DNA of 64,000 nt, taken from NCBI GenBank assembly GCA_035637095.1, contig DASPXX010000232.1:1741-65740 (forward strand). The letters are read 5' to 3'. The position numbers and the translations under genes were made by a program. The notes below the pieces were generated by a model. It worked only from the letters and a program-made list of their open reading frames with translations, was not told the DNA's origin and ran no database searches. The stretch comes from Thermoanaerobaculia bacterium (lineage in GTDB: Bacteria; Acidobacteriota; Thermoanaerobaculia; Multivoradales; UBA5704). Below are positions 10,824 to 19,600 of the stretch, one piece after another. Numbering within the stretch: the first letter of the stretch is position 1; each line of letters opens with the position of its first letter.

Positions 10824-12763
10824 GTGAGAATGGCCGCGTAGTGATTGTGCAGGCGCCCGCGACACGGCTCCGCCGGGAGATCCTCTGCGATTACCTGGCG
10901 GAAGCCGAGAGGCGCGGCAGCCGGACCTGGCTGCTCGACACCGGTTTCGACGCGGGTGGCCCCTGGGCGGGGATCCACGACCTGTTCGCAGGGATTCTCG
11001 AAGAAATGCGGGAACAGCGGCCGGATCTGGTGGAAAAGCACGACTACGAGCTGATCCACGTCCTCCCTGAGCTGAGGCGCTCGCTGCGGGTCCGCTACTC
11101 CACGCTGACGGATCTGGCTGCGCCGGAGGAAAGGGTGCGCAACTTTCCCGCCGACCGGGCGTTCCGGATCGTCCATGGCCTCATCGAACTGCTCGATGCC
11201 TGGAAGGGAGATGCGGGCCCTGCCTGGGTGATCGCCTGCGACAGCTTCGACCAGATCAGCCACATCGGCCGGCGCTTCTTCCGCGAGCTGATGCGGCGGC
11301 GCGGCGAGCGGCTCGGCCTGACCCTGCTCGTCGCCTGCGCGCCGGCGAGCTCCGACGAGGTCCGCGACCGCTTCCCGAGCGAAATCCTCGCTCCGGTGAT
11401 CCCCCTCGAGCTCCCTGGAGAGGAGGACGAGACCCGGCCCAGCCCGTCGGAGGCCCTCCGCCTCGCGCAGGAGCTCGAATCCCGGGCCGGCGAGGACCTG
11501 CTGGAGATCCAGATCCACCTGCCGGACCTGCTCCGCGCCTGGCGCGCGGCCGGCGATCCGAAGCGGCTGTTCCTCTACAACTACCGGGGCCTGGAGATCT
11601 TCAACACGCTGGGCCTCTATGAGGACGCGATCGTCTACGGCGAAGCCGCGCGGGCTCTCTACAAGGAGCACATCGCGGAGCGCCCCGAGCTGCGCTGGTC
11701 GATCTTCCTCAAGCTCTTCATGTCCTATCTCGGCCTCCTCAACCCCGAGCAGGCAGAGCGGCTGGCCACGGAGGATGCGATCGGCCGGATCGAAAACCTG
11801 GAATGGCGCGGCCAGCTCCACTATCTCCTGGCGATGCTCTACGCCCGCTTCTCCCCGCAGCGCGATTTCGCCCGGGGGGAGGAGCTCCTCGAGCTGGGGA
11901 TGCGCGACCTGGAGCAGGCCGGCATGGACGAGAGCGCGCGCCAGTTCCAAATGGTTTTCAATCGCAACGGCCTGGCGATGATCCGCCACTTCCAGGGGCG
12001 CTTTCAGGAAGCGATCGACCTCTGCCGCGAGGGCTTCGACCGGCTGAACGCCCATCTCAGCCCGGACCGCCACCGCCTCCACCGTTCCGTCCTGCTCTAC
12101 AATGTCGCCCAGGTCTGCTCCGCCTTGGGCGAGCACGAGGAGGCGATCCGCCACTACTCGGCCGCCATGGAGATGGATCCCCACTATTCCGAGTATTTCA
12201 ACGAACGGGGCAACATCTTTTTGCGCCTGGGCCGCGAGGAAGAGGCGCGGGACGACTATCTCACCGCGATCGAGCTGAGCCCGCCGTATTTCGAGGTGTG
12301 GACGAACCTCGGGCAGTGCTACCGGAGGTTGGGGCGCATGCAGGAGGCCGTCGATGCCTACTCGCGGGCGCTGGACCTGGAGCCGGACCAGCTGCTCGCG
12401 CGGCTCGGCCGGGCGCAGGCCCATGAGGCGCTCGGCCGCCCGCACGAGGCCATCGCCGACTATGACGCCGCGCTCGCCCTGAATCCCAACCAGTGGGACG
12501 CGGTCGCCAGCCGGGCCGTCCTTCAGTACGAGACAGGCGATCTCGCGGCCTCGCTGGGCGACCTCAACCGGGCGATCGAGCTGGCGCCGCAGGTCGCGGA
12601 TCTCCGCCAGAACCGGGCCCTGGTGTTCCTCGATCTCGGCTGCCTGGACGAGGCGGCCCATGACCTGGCCGCTTATCTGGACCTCGAGCCGGACGCGGAG
12701 GATCGGGCCGAGGTCGAGGAGCGCCTCCGGCTTCTCGGAGAGTCGCTCAGGGCGACGGCCTAG
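10820..12763 (+). CDS. TPR-repeat protein with degenerate N-terminal NTPase-like domain
   Basis: ATG 10820 overlaps the upstream stop (ATGA), GAAGGAGG SD. N-terminal ~200 aa has hhhhD (VIACDSFDQ) but no GxxxxGK. The C-terminal half is canonical TPRs (AIRHYSAAMEMDP, ARDDYLTAIELSP, AVDAYSRALDLEP, AIADYDAALALNP). Confidence 0.8.
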   Translation: MSENGRVVIVQAPATRLRREILCDYLAEAERRGSRTWLLDTGFDAGGPWAGIHDLFAGILEEMREQRPDLVEKHDYELIHVLPELRRSLRVRYSTLTDLAAPEERVRNFPADRAFRIVHGLIELLDAWKGDAGPAWVIACDSFDQISHIGRRFFRELMRRRGERLGLTLLVACAPASSDEVRDRFPSEILAPVIPLELPGEEDETRPSPSEALRLAQELESRAGEDLLEIQIHLPDLLRAWRAAGDPKRLFLYNYRGLEIFNTLGLYEDAIVYGEAARALYKEHIAERPELRWSIFLKLFMSYLGLLNPEQAERLATEDAIGRIENLEWRGQLHYLLAMLYARFSPQRDFARGEELLELGMRDLEQAGMDESARQFQMVFNRNGLAMIRHFQGRFQEAIDLCREGFDRLNAHLSPDRHRLHRSVLLYNVAQVCSALGEHEEAIRHYSAAMEMDPHYSEYFNERGNIFLRLGREEEARDDYLTAIELSPPYFEVWTNLGQCYRRLGRMQEAVDAYSRALDLEPDQLLARLGRAQAHEALGRPHEAIADYDAALALNPNQWDAVASRAVLQYETGDLAASLGDLNRAIELAPQVADLRQNRALVFLDLGCLDEAAHDLAAYLDLEPDAEDRAEVEERLRLLGESLRATA

Positions 12764-12818
12764 CTCGGCGGACCCAGGCCGGCGTGGTAGGCTCGCTCCG
12801 CCTTCCGGGGAGCCCCTG

Positions 12819-13709
12819 ATGCCTGCGCCGGCCCATTTTCAAGTCATCCATCTCGTCGATGCCAGCCCGTACATCTTCCGGGCGCACTTCTCGCTGCCCG
12901 GCTCGATCAAGACGCCGGCAGGCGCGCCCGCCGCCGCCACCTACGGCTTCGCCAGCTTCCTCTTGAAGCTGGTCGCCGCCGAGCGGCCCACCCATCTCGC
13001 GATGTGCTTCGACCGCAACCTGAACGGCAGCTTCCGCAACGACGAGTACCCGGACTACAAGGCGCAGCGCGACGCCCCGCCGCCCGAGCTGGTGGCCCAG
13101 ATCGATCCCTGCCTGGAGGTCGCCGCCGCCCTCGGCGCCGCCACCTTCATCGACGAGCGCTACGAGGCGGATGACCTGATCGCCACCCTCCTCGCGCGGC
13201 TCACGCCCCACGGGCACGGGGGCGTCGTGGTCACCTCCGACAAGGATCTGGCGCAGCTCGTGACCGACCGGGTCAGCCTGCTCGACTTCGCCCAGGAGAC
13301 CCGTTACACGCCGGCCATGATCCAGGAGAAGTTCGGTGTCCGTCCCGACCAGATCACCGACCTCCTGGCGCTCGCGGGAGATCCGGTCGACAACATCCCG
13401 GGCGTGCCGGGGATCGGGAGGAAGACCGCCGCCGAGATCCTCGCCGCCTACGGCCACCTGGAAGACCTCTACGCCCGCCTCGACGAGATCCCCCTCTCGA
13501 AGCTGCGAGCGGCCAAGAGCACCGCCGGCAAGCTCCGCGAGCACCGCGACCTCGCCTTCCTCTCGAAGCGCCTCGCCACGGTGGCGACCGACGCCCCCAT
13601 CCCCCCCGGCGTCGGCCTGGACGAGCTGACCTACCGGGGAGCCGACAAGGCCGCGGTCGAGCCCCTGTTCGAGCGGCTGGGGTTCAAGAGGATGAAGGAG
13701 AGGATCTGA
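12819..13709 (+). CDS. 5'-3' exonuclease (FEN/Pol I N-terminal-like)
   Basis: LVDASPYIFRAHF, YKAQRDAPPPEL, YEADDLIATL, VVTSDKDLAQLV, GDPVDNIPGVPGIGRKTAAEIL (H3TH). Start set at MPAPAHF by codon count. Confidence 0.85.
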   Translation: MPAPAHFQVIHLVDASPYIFRAHFSLPGSIKTPAGAPAAATYGFASFLLKLVAAERPTHLAMCFDRNLNGSFRNDEYPDYKAQRDAPPPELVAQIDPCLEVAAALGAATFIDERYEADDLIATLLARLTPHGHGGVVVTSDKDLAQLVTDRVSLLDFAQETRYTPAMIQEKFGVRPDQITDLLALAGDPVDNIPGVPGIGRKTAAEILAAYGHLEDLYARLDEIPLSKLRAAKSTAGKLREHRDLAFLSKRLATVATDAPIPPGVGLDELTYRGADKAAVEPLFERLGFKRMKERI

Positions 13710-13968
13710 CTCCGCGTAGCCGCTTCGGTGAAACCTGGTCGCGAGATCTCTTCCTCAGCTTCAAGCGCCGGCGCTCGATCAACCGAAGGGCCGCAAAGAG
13801 ATGCCGCAGCGCACTCTCGACAACCCCGGTCGCCTGCGCCTCCCTGGTGGGATATTTTCTTGCCAGCGTGGTCACGAAATCCCGGAAGGCGCCGAGCTCC
13901 AGCTCGACGATCGCCAAGTGGAGCTCGTGCTCGCCCTTGTCGAGCCCTCGCGGCTTACACGCCTTCAC
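13684..13968 (-). CDS. Hypothetical small protein (weak call)
   Basis: GTG 13968 overlapping the upstream stop. Coding-like GC3 in the first two thirds. No recognisable motif. 3' end overlaps the convergent exonuclease gene by 26 nt. Confidence 0.25.
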   Translation of the reverse strand: MKACKPRGLDKGEHELHLAIVELELGAFRDFVTTLARKYPTREAQATGVVESALRHLFAALRLIERRRLKLRKRSRDQVSPKRLRGVRSSPSSS

Positions 13969-14380
13969 AGGCCCCCTTCTTGCGCGCCGGGACGATTTTC
14001 TTCTCCACCAGATTCGCCAGGCTTTCGACGTGCACGGCCAGCCGGTCCGCGAACCAACCCAATCGCTGATCCGTCTCTGAAGCTTCATGGATTCCCGAGT
14101 CAGCCACCATGGCCAGGTATCTGGCGGTGAACCTCAGGTCCTGCACCACCGCCCGGAGCTCGCCCTTGGTATAGGATCCGCAGTACTTGGGAGCAGCGCC
14201 CGTGTATTCCTCCCCGTAGATCGTGGCGAGGGCCGGAAAGATCTCCCGCAGCATCCTGGCATGGCTCTCGGGATAGTCGCGCAGCACACATTCGCGAAGC
14301 GCCTGATCTTCCCTCCATTCTCCCGGAGCGGAATGGGGAATTCTGCTCGATCGCAGCTCCTTTTCATCACGCTCAGACAT
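13955..14380 (-). CDS. Hypothetical protein (141 aa)
   Basis: ATG 14380 overlaps the stop of the upstream zf-HC2 gene by 8 nt (translational coupling). No recognisable domain. Confidence 0.55.
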   Translation of the reverse strand: MSERDEKELRSSRIPHSAPGEWREDQALRECVLRDYPESHARMLREIFPALATIYGEEYTGAAPKYCGSYTKGELRAVVQDLRFTARYLAMVADSGIHEASETDQRLGWFADRLAVHVESLANLVEKKIVPARKKGACEGV

Positions 14381-14612
14381 CGATCCATTTCTCCTTGCGG
14401 GCCAGCTCGTGGTCACGCGTCCAGGTTGCCATCCGGGCCAATGCACCGTCGTAGGCTCCCGCTTCAATGGCCGGCCGGAAAGCCGATCGGAACGCGGCCG
14501 CGCACGGGCCGCACCCAGCCACGAGATGCCGCACCACCTGCCGGCGTTCGCGCCCGCTGGCGGTGCCCGCCACGAAGCGGTTCAGGATCTGGCGTTCCAC
14601 GCAGCCCGTCAT
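14373..14612 (-). CDS. Small zinc-finger protein with anti-sigma-type H-x3-C-x2-C motif (zf-HC2-like)
   Basis: RHLVAGCGPC matches the HxxxCxxC ZAS motif. Lies 12 nt downstream of the TPR-like gene. Confidence 0.55.
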   Translation of the reverse strand: MTGCVERQILNRFVAGTASGRERRQVVRHLVAGCGPCAAAFRSAFRPAIEAGAYDGALARMATWTRDHELARKEKWIDV

Positions 14613-14624
14613 GATCGTTCCTCC

Positions 14625-15692
14625 TCAGGCGAATGGAACCGGCCGGGTCGGGATGTGAGAGAACCGCAGCATGCGGAGCAGCCAGGCCCCGGAGGCGAAA
14701 GCACGTTCCCAGGGGTCCTCCGCCGTCGTAGCAAACATCCGGTCGAGGGCCATCAGGGCGAGAAGACCTCCTTCCTCGGGCTCGAAACCTTCGAGGTCGC
14801 GCCGGAAAGCCATGACACCGGGAATCTCTCCCGCCGCCGCCTGGAGCGCCAGCAGATCCATGGTCGCCAAAGCCAGCTCGGGGAGGTCCCGCGACTCCAG
14901 ATAGTGTTGGCGCAGACCGCCCAACGTCGCCCGTGCCTCTTCGCGCCGGCCGAGCTTCGCCTGGACCCGCGCCTCCAACCGGTACAGGCTGGTCAGCTCC
15001 TCCGTGTCGTTGGCGAGGAGTGGATACACCGATACGCCCTTGTCCAGAAAGTAGCGGATGGAATCATCTCGATTTGGGCATTCCGGTTCGATGGCGCAGG
15101 CCAGATGCAGGGCGGCTCGGCCACAGAGCGCCGGATGACGGTGGGGCGAGAGAAAGCTCCCGAGAAATCTGGCGGCGCCGCGGACAAAGCCGAGCTCCAT
15201 GAGGAGAACCCCCTCCAGCAGGCTGGTCGCGGCCCGCTCGGAAGCGGTCCGGTTCTCGTCATACGTCCACACGGCGCCATGCACGAGCGCCAGGGCTTCA
15301 TCCGGCCGCCCCTGCTCCCAGCGGACCAGGCCGAGACCGCGCAAGAACGCCGCACGCTCCGCCGGCTCGACAAGCGCCGGGACGGTACAGACGAACGCCT
15401 CGGCGGCCAGCTCGTGGTCGCCGCTCAAGCGGCGGGCATTGCCTTCGAGGCAGCCGGCCCGGGCATGGAGCCGGTCTGCCACCTCGGCCGGCGTGAGGCG
15501 AGACGCCACGTGGCCGGCGAGCCGGGCGAAGCGCAAGGCCTCGGCGGGTTCCGCGAGCTGCGCCTCTGCGCTCCTTTGGAGCAGGAGCTCCGCCAGATCG
15601 AGGGAGTGGAAACGCACCTGATCGAGAAGGCGGTGCCGCTCCTCGGGCGTCGCGGCGGCGAGCAGCTCTGCGCGCAACGCTTCAGCGGTCAT
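14625..15692 (-). CDS. Helical-repeat (TPR-like) protein, partner of the upstream XRE HTH gene
   Basis: 355 aa, all-helical Ala/Leu-rich repeats. Start overlaps the HTH gene stop by 4 nt. Confidence 0.7.
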   Translation of the reverse strand: MTAEALRAELLAAATPEERHRLLDQVRFHSLDLAELLLQRSAEAQLAEPAEALRFARLAGHVASRLTPAEVADRLHARAGCLEGNARRLSGDHELAAEAFVCTVPALVEPAERAAFLRGLGLVRWEQGRPDEALALVHGAVWTYDENRTASERAATSLLEGVLLMELGFVRGAARFLGSFLSPHRHPALCGRAALHLACAIEPECPNRDDSIRYFLDKGVSVYPLLANDTEELTSLYRLEARVQAKLGRREEARATLGGLRQHYLESRDLPELALATMDLLALQAAAGEIPGVMAFRRDLEGFEPEEGGLLALMALDRMFATTAEDPWERAFASGAWLLRMLRFSHIPTRPVPFA

Positions 15693-16087
15693 CGCGAGCG
15701 GTCCGGCTTCGGCAAGGCCGCGAGCACACGTGCCTCCGCCGCCGCCTCAAACAGAGCCAGAAAGCGATCGAACAGCTCGCGATAGCGGCGAGACTCCAGA
15801 TCGCTGTAGAGAAACGTCTCGGCACCTTGTTCAACCAGGTCGGCGCGCAGCCCTCCGGAAAGCTCGGTGGCCCGGTCGAGCACGGAGCTGAGATAGAAGA
15901 CCAGCAAGGGCGTCGTTTCGAGCGCTGTGATGATCTTCCCCAGCGACTCCAGCTTGGGAAGCTCCTTCCCATTCTCATATTTCGAGAGCCGGCTTTTTCC
16001 GATCAGCGCCTTCCTCGCGATCTCCGCCTGGGAACAGCCGGCGAGCTCGCGGAAGACGCGGAGCGTGAGGCCCAGGGTTTCAAACAT
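15689..16087 (-). CDS. XRE-family helix-turn-helix transcriptional regulator
   Basis: MFETLGLTLRVFRELAGCSQAEIARKALIGKSRLSKYENGKELPKLESL is a classic Cro/C1 HTH. ATG 16087 by codon count. Confidence 0.8.
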   Translation of the reverse strand: MFETLGLTLRVFRELAGCSQAEIARKALIGKSRLSKYENGKELPKLESLGKIITALETTPLLVFYLSSVLDRATELSGGLRADLVEQGAETFLYSDLESRRYRELFDRFLALFEAAAEARVLAALPKPDRSR

Positions 16088-16505
16088 GCGAACCCCCGCT
16101 CGCGGCACCTTGCCCTTGCACATTTCTCTGCAACCGGTCCATCAAGGCCGATTCGATGGAATTGATTTCTGCTGCACTGGGACGCATCTGATCCAAAACG
16201 GCCAGAGTCTCCGCGTCGACTCCCGTCCGCAGGTCTGATGCCGCGTTCTCGACACTCACAATAACTCGTTGCAGGAGACCGCCCAGAAAGGCAGCAACGC
16301 TGAGAGATCCTCCCTCCCGCAGGAGCGCGACTTCTTCTGGATCGGGGGGAGGCAGTGCATCCTGGGATTCCTGGAGGATCGCTGTGACCCGTTCGAGAGC
16401 CTCCGCCTGCTCGAGGATTTGGCGGGTGACGCCCGCCGCCGGGAGCGCGATTTCCATGACGGCGAATCGTAGAAGGGAAAGGTGGTCCGGCTCCACCGGT
16501 CCCAT
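16080..16505 (-). CDS. Hypothetical protein (first gene of the minus-strand regulatory operon; start 16505 or 16457)
   Basis: Coding-like codon usage on manual translation. Stop overlaps the HTH gene start by 8 nt. No SD at either ATG. Confidence 0.4.
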   Translation of the reverse strand: MGPVEPDHLSLLRFAVMEIALPAAGVTRQILEQAEALERVTAILQESQDALPPPDPEEVALLREGGSLSVAAFLGGLLQRVIVSVENAASDLRTGVDAETLAVLDQMRPSAAEINSIESALMDRLQRNVQGQGAASGGSHV

Positions 16506-16600
16506 CGCACGAAATCCCGGAACAGAGATTTCTTGTCCCTTCTAGGGTCCTCTGCGGCAACTCTTATAGAAGAGAAGTTTTTTTCCTGGGGGAGGTCTGC

Positions 16601-19600
16601 ATGGCCCGAGGCTTTCGCGCGTTGAAGATCTGGTTTCTGTCCATCTGGCATGGCGTGAATCAGAAGCAGCTCGGTGTGCGCGCCGGGTACAAGGATGAGA
16701 AGAAGGTGTCCTACCTCCTTGGCCGGCCCGACATCAAGGACGAGGATTTCGAGAAACTGCTGGCCGGCACGCGGTGCACGCCCGCGGAGGTCGAGCTCGT
16801 CACCGCCTGCCTCGATGGCCTGCAAAGCGCGGAGGCGAACCAGGCCTTGACCGAGAAGGAGCTCGAGGAGGTCGAGCGGGGCATCCGCGAGGGCGCACGG
16901 TTTCTGCGGCCTCTCCTGTCCGAGCTGGCCGTGGAGACCCGCTGGGTGCCTCCCCTGGACGTCTATCCCCGCCCCGCCGATCTCGCGCCAGCTCGTTTTC
17001 ATGCCTGGCGGCAATGGGAGATCCTGGAGACCATGACCGAGGCCGAGCAGCTCGCGGTGGTCCGGCTCAACGAGGACCACCACAGTTGGGCCCTGATGGA
17101 ACGCGCCTGCGAGGCCTCGACCGAGCAGGCTTCCCGCGACGTCGAGCGCGCGGCTTCCCTGGCGCGGGTCGCCCAGGAGATCGCCGACCGGGTCAAGGGC
17201 CCGGAAGGCTGGCAGACCGCTCTCCGCGGGTACGCGGCGGCGTTCGGGCCGAACGTGGCGAGAGTGGCCGGTGAGCTCAAAGCCGCCCGGGCCGGCCTCG
17301 AAGCGGCGAAGCAGGGCTGGAACGCCGGCTCCGACCCGGACCGCGTGCTCGACCCGGGAAGGCTCCTCGATCTGGACGCCTCGCTCTGCCGGGCCGAGCG
17401 CCAGTTCGAGAAGGCCCTGGCCCTTCTCGACGAGGCGTACCCCGTGAGCCGCTGCCCGGCGCGCATCCTGATCAACAAGGCGTTCGTCAGGGAGGTGATG
17501 GGCGAGTACGGCCGCGCGATCGAGATCCTCCTCCAAGCCGAGCCCCTCATCGACCGGAGCGCCGAGCCGCGCCTCTGGTACAAGCACCGGGCTTCCCTGG
17601 CGGTCAACTGCTGTCATGTCGGGGATTACAGGAAGGCCGCTGTGTTGGCCGACCAGGCGGAGCCTCTCGCCAGAGAGCTCGGCGATGAGCTGGAGGTCAT
17701 CCGGTTAGGTTGGCTCCACGGAAGGGTCGCCGCCGGGCTGGGGCATCGTGAAGAAGCACGCCAGCTTCTCGAACAAGCAGCGCGAGAATTCGGGGCACGA
17801 GGGATGTGGTACGACGTGGCCTTGGTCCAAATGGATGTCGCGAGTCTGCTGATCGAGGAAGGCCGGGCCGGCGAGGTCAAGGCGCTGGCCCGGGAGCTGG
17901 TCAAGATCTTTGCTGCGAAGGGCGTTCACCGGGAGGCCCTGGCCGCCTTGCGGCTCTTTCACGAAGCCGTGCAGCGGGATGAGGCCACGGCCGCTCTCGC
18001 GCGCCGCGTCCTGGATTACCTCTTCCGAGCCCGCTACGACCAGGGCCTCCGGTTTACGCTCACAGAAGGCCGTGGACTAACCGTTCGGGTCGAACCCGAG
18101 GCCTTCATCGGAGGTGAGGCCGTCGGGATCGAACCCGATGCCTTCATCGGTTCTGGGGCAGCCACTGGGATCGAACCGGCAGCCTTCATCGGAGGTGAGG
18201 CCGTCGGGATCGAACCCGAGGCCGACATCGGCTTCGGCGCTCCAGAGCGACGAGACGAGGCTCCAGAGCCGATCCCAGAGAGCCGGCTGGCCGGCCGACG
18301 AGGCGAGGAGCGACCCGGCGAGGACGACTGCGGCGAACGTTGGGCGCATCGGAAAGTCTCCTGCGCGGCGCCGGCATCGAGCCATCACGGTCCGCGCGGG
18401 CCGCGCCTGCCGGATATCCTGCGGCAGGAGCCTGCGAAAAATCCCACTCTGCTGCCGGTAGAGGGCGGGATGACCTGGAAGAACAAGGTCGTGCGTCTCG
18501 TCCGGGCGCTTTCCGGCCAAAGCCAGGAGCGCTTCAGCGAGATCACAAAGGTCGATCTCCGCAACTTCGACCGCTATGAACAGGGCAGAAGCCAGCCCGG
18601 CGCCGAGACCCTGGAACGCGTGGCCCGCCGGGGCTATGGCCTCGAGGTCCAGGAGGCGGAAGAGGTTCTGCGCTTTGCCGAGTCCCTGCGCCGGCCCCGG
18701 CAACGCTCCGGGCAGACGGTGGAGGTCCTCGTGGACGATCTCGCCTTCCTGGTCTCGCGGGTCTACCAGCGCCTGCTCCGCCTGCCCCTGGAAAGAGCCT
18801 TTCCCGGACCCGAGGATCCGCGGCACATCGAGACGCTCTGGTCGCTTCTGAAAGACCTCCCCGAAAACCAGCAGCGCGCCGTGGTCCAGGCGGGAACGAA
18901 GTTCCAGAATTGGGCGCTCGCGATCCGGGCCGGCGAGGAGTCGGTGAGCCAGGCCTCTCGGGACCTCGAGCACGCGGCTTCTCTCGCGCGTCTCGCTCAG
19001 TGGATTGCGGATCTGGTCCCCGGGCCGGAAAGCTGGCGGAATTGCGTCCGAGGTCTCGCGGCCGGCTATGGCCCCAATGTCCTGCGCGTTGCAGGCGACC
19101 TCGAAGCGGCCCGGGTCGGCATGGAGCTGGCGAGACAGCTCTGGGCCACGGGTTCCGATCCCGCCGGACTGCTCGATCCGGGGAGGCTGCTCGACCTCGA
19201 CGCTTCGCTATGCCGCGCCGAGCGCCGCTTCGAAGACGCCCTGGCCCGGCTCAAAGAGGCCTTGGCCGTGGGGCGCAATAAGGGGCGCATCCTGGTCAAC
19301 AAAGGTTTCACCCTGGAGGTGATGGGCGACTACAAGGGCGCCGTTGAGGCACTGCTCGAAGCGGAACACCATATCGACCGAAACGCCGATCCCCGACTCT
19401 GGTACAAGCAGCAGGGCAACCTCATCGCAAACTACAGTCTCACTGGCCGCTTTCAGGAGGCTACCGAGCTGATCCGTCAGGTCAGACCGGTCGTCGAGGA
19501 GCTGGGGGACCAGCACGAGCTCCTTCGGCTCACCGGGCTCGAGGGCCGTTGTGCCGCCGGGCAAGGCCGGAGCGCGGCGGCCGTGCTGCTGCTGACCGAA

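Noticed and set aside
18084-18220. tRNA fragments (TCGGGATCGAACCCGA resembles a T-arm GGTTCGAATCC)
   Set aside because: No acceptor stem, D-arm or anticodon arm can be drawn around any copy. The motif recurs with a 39-42-nt period, so it is a repeat core rather than a tRNA remnant.
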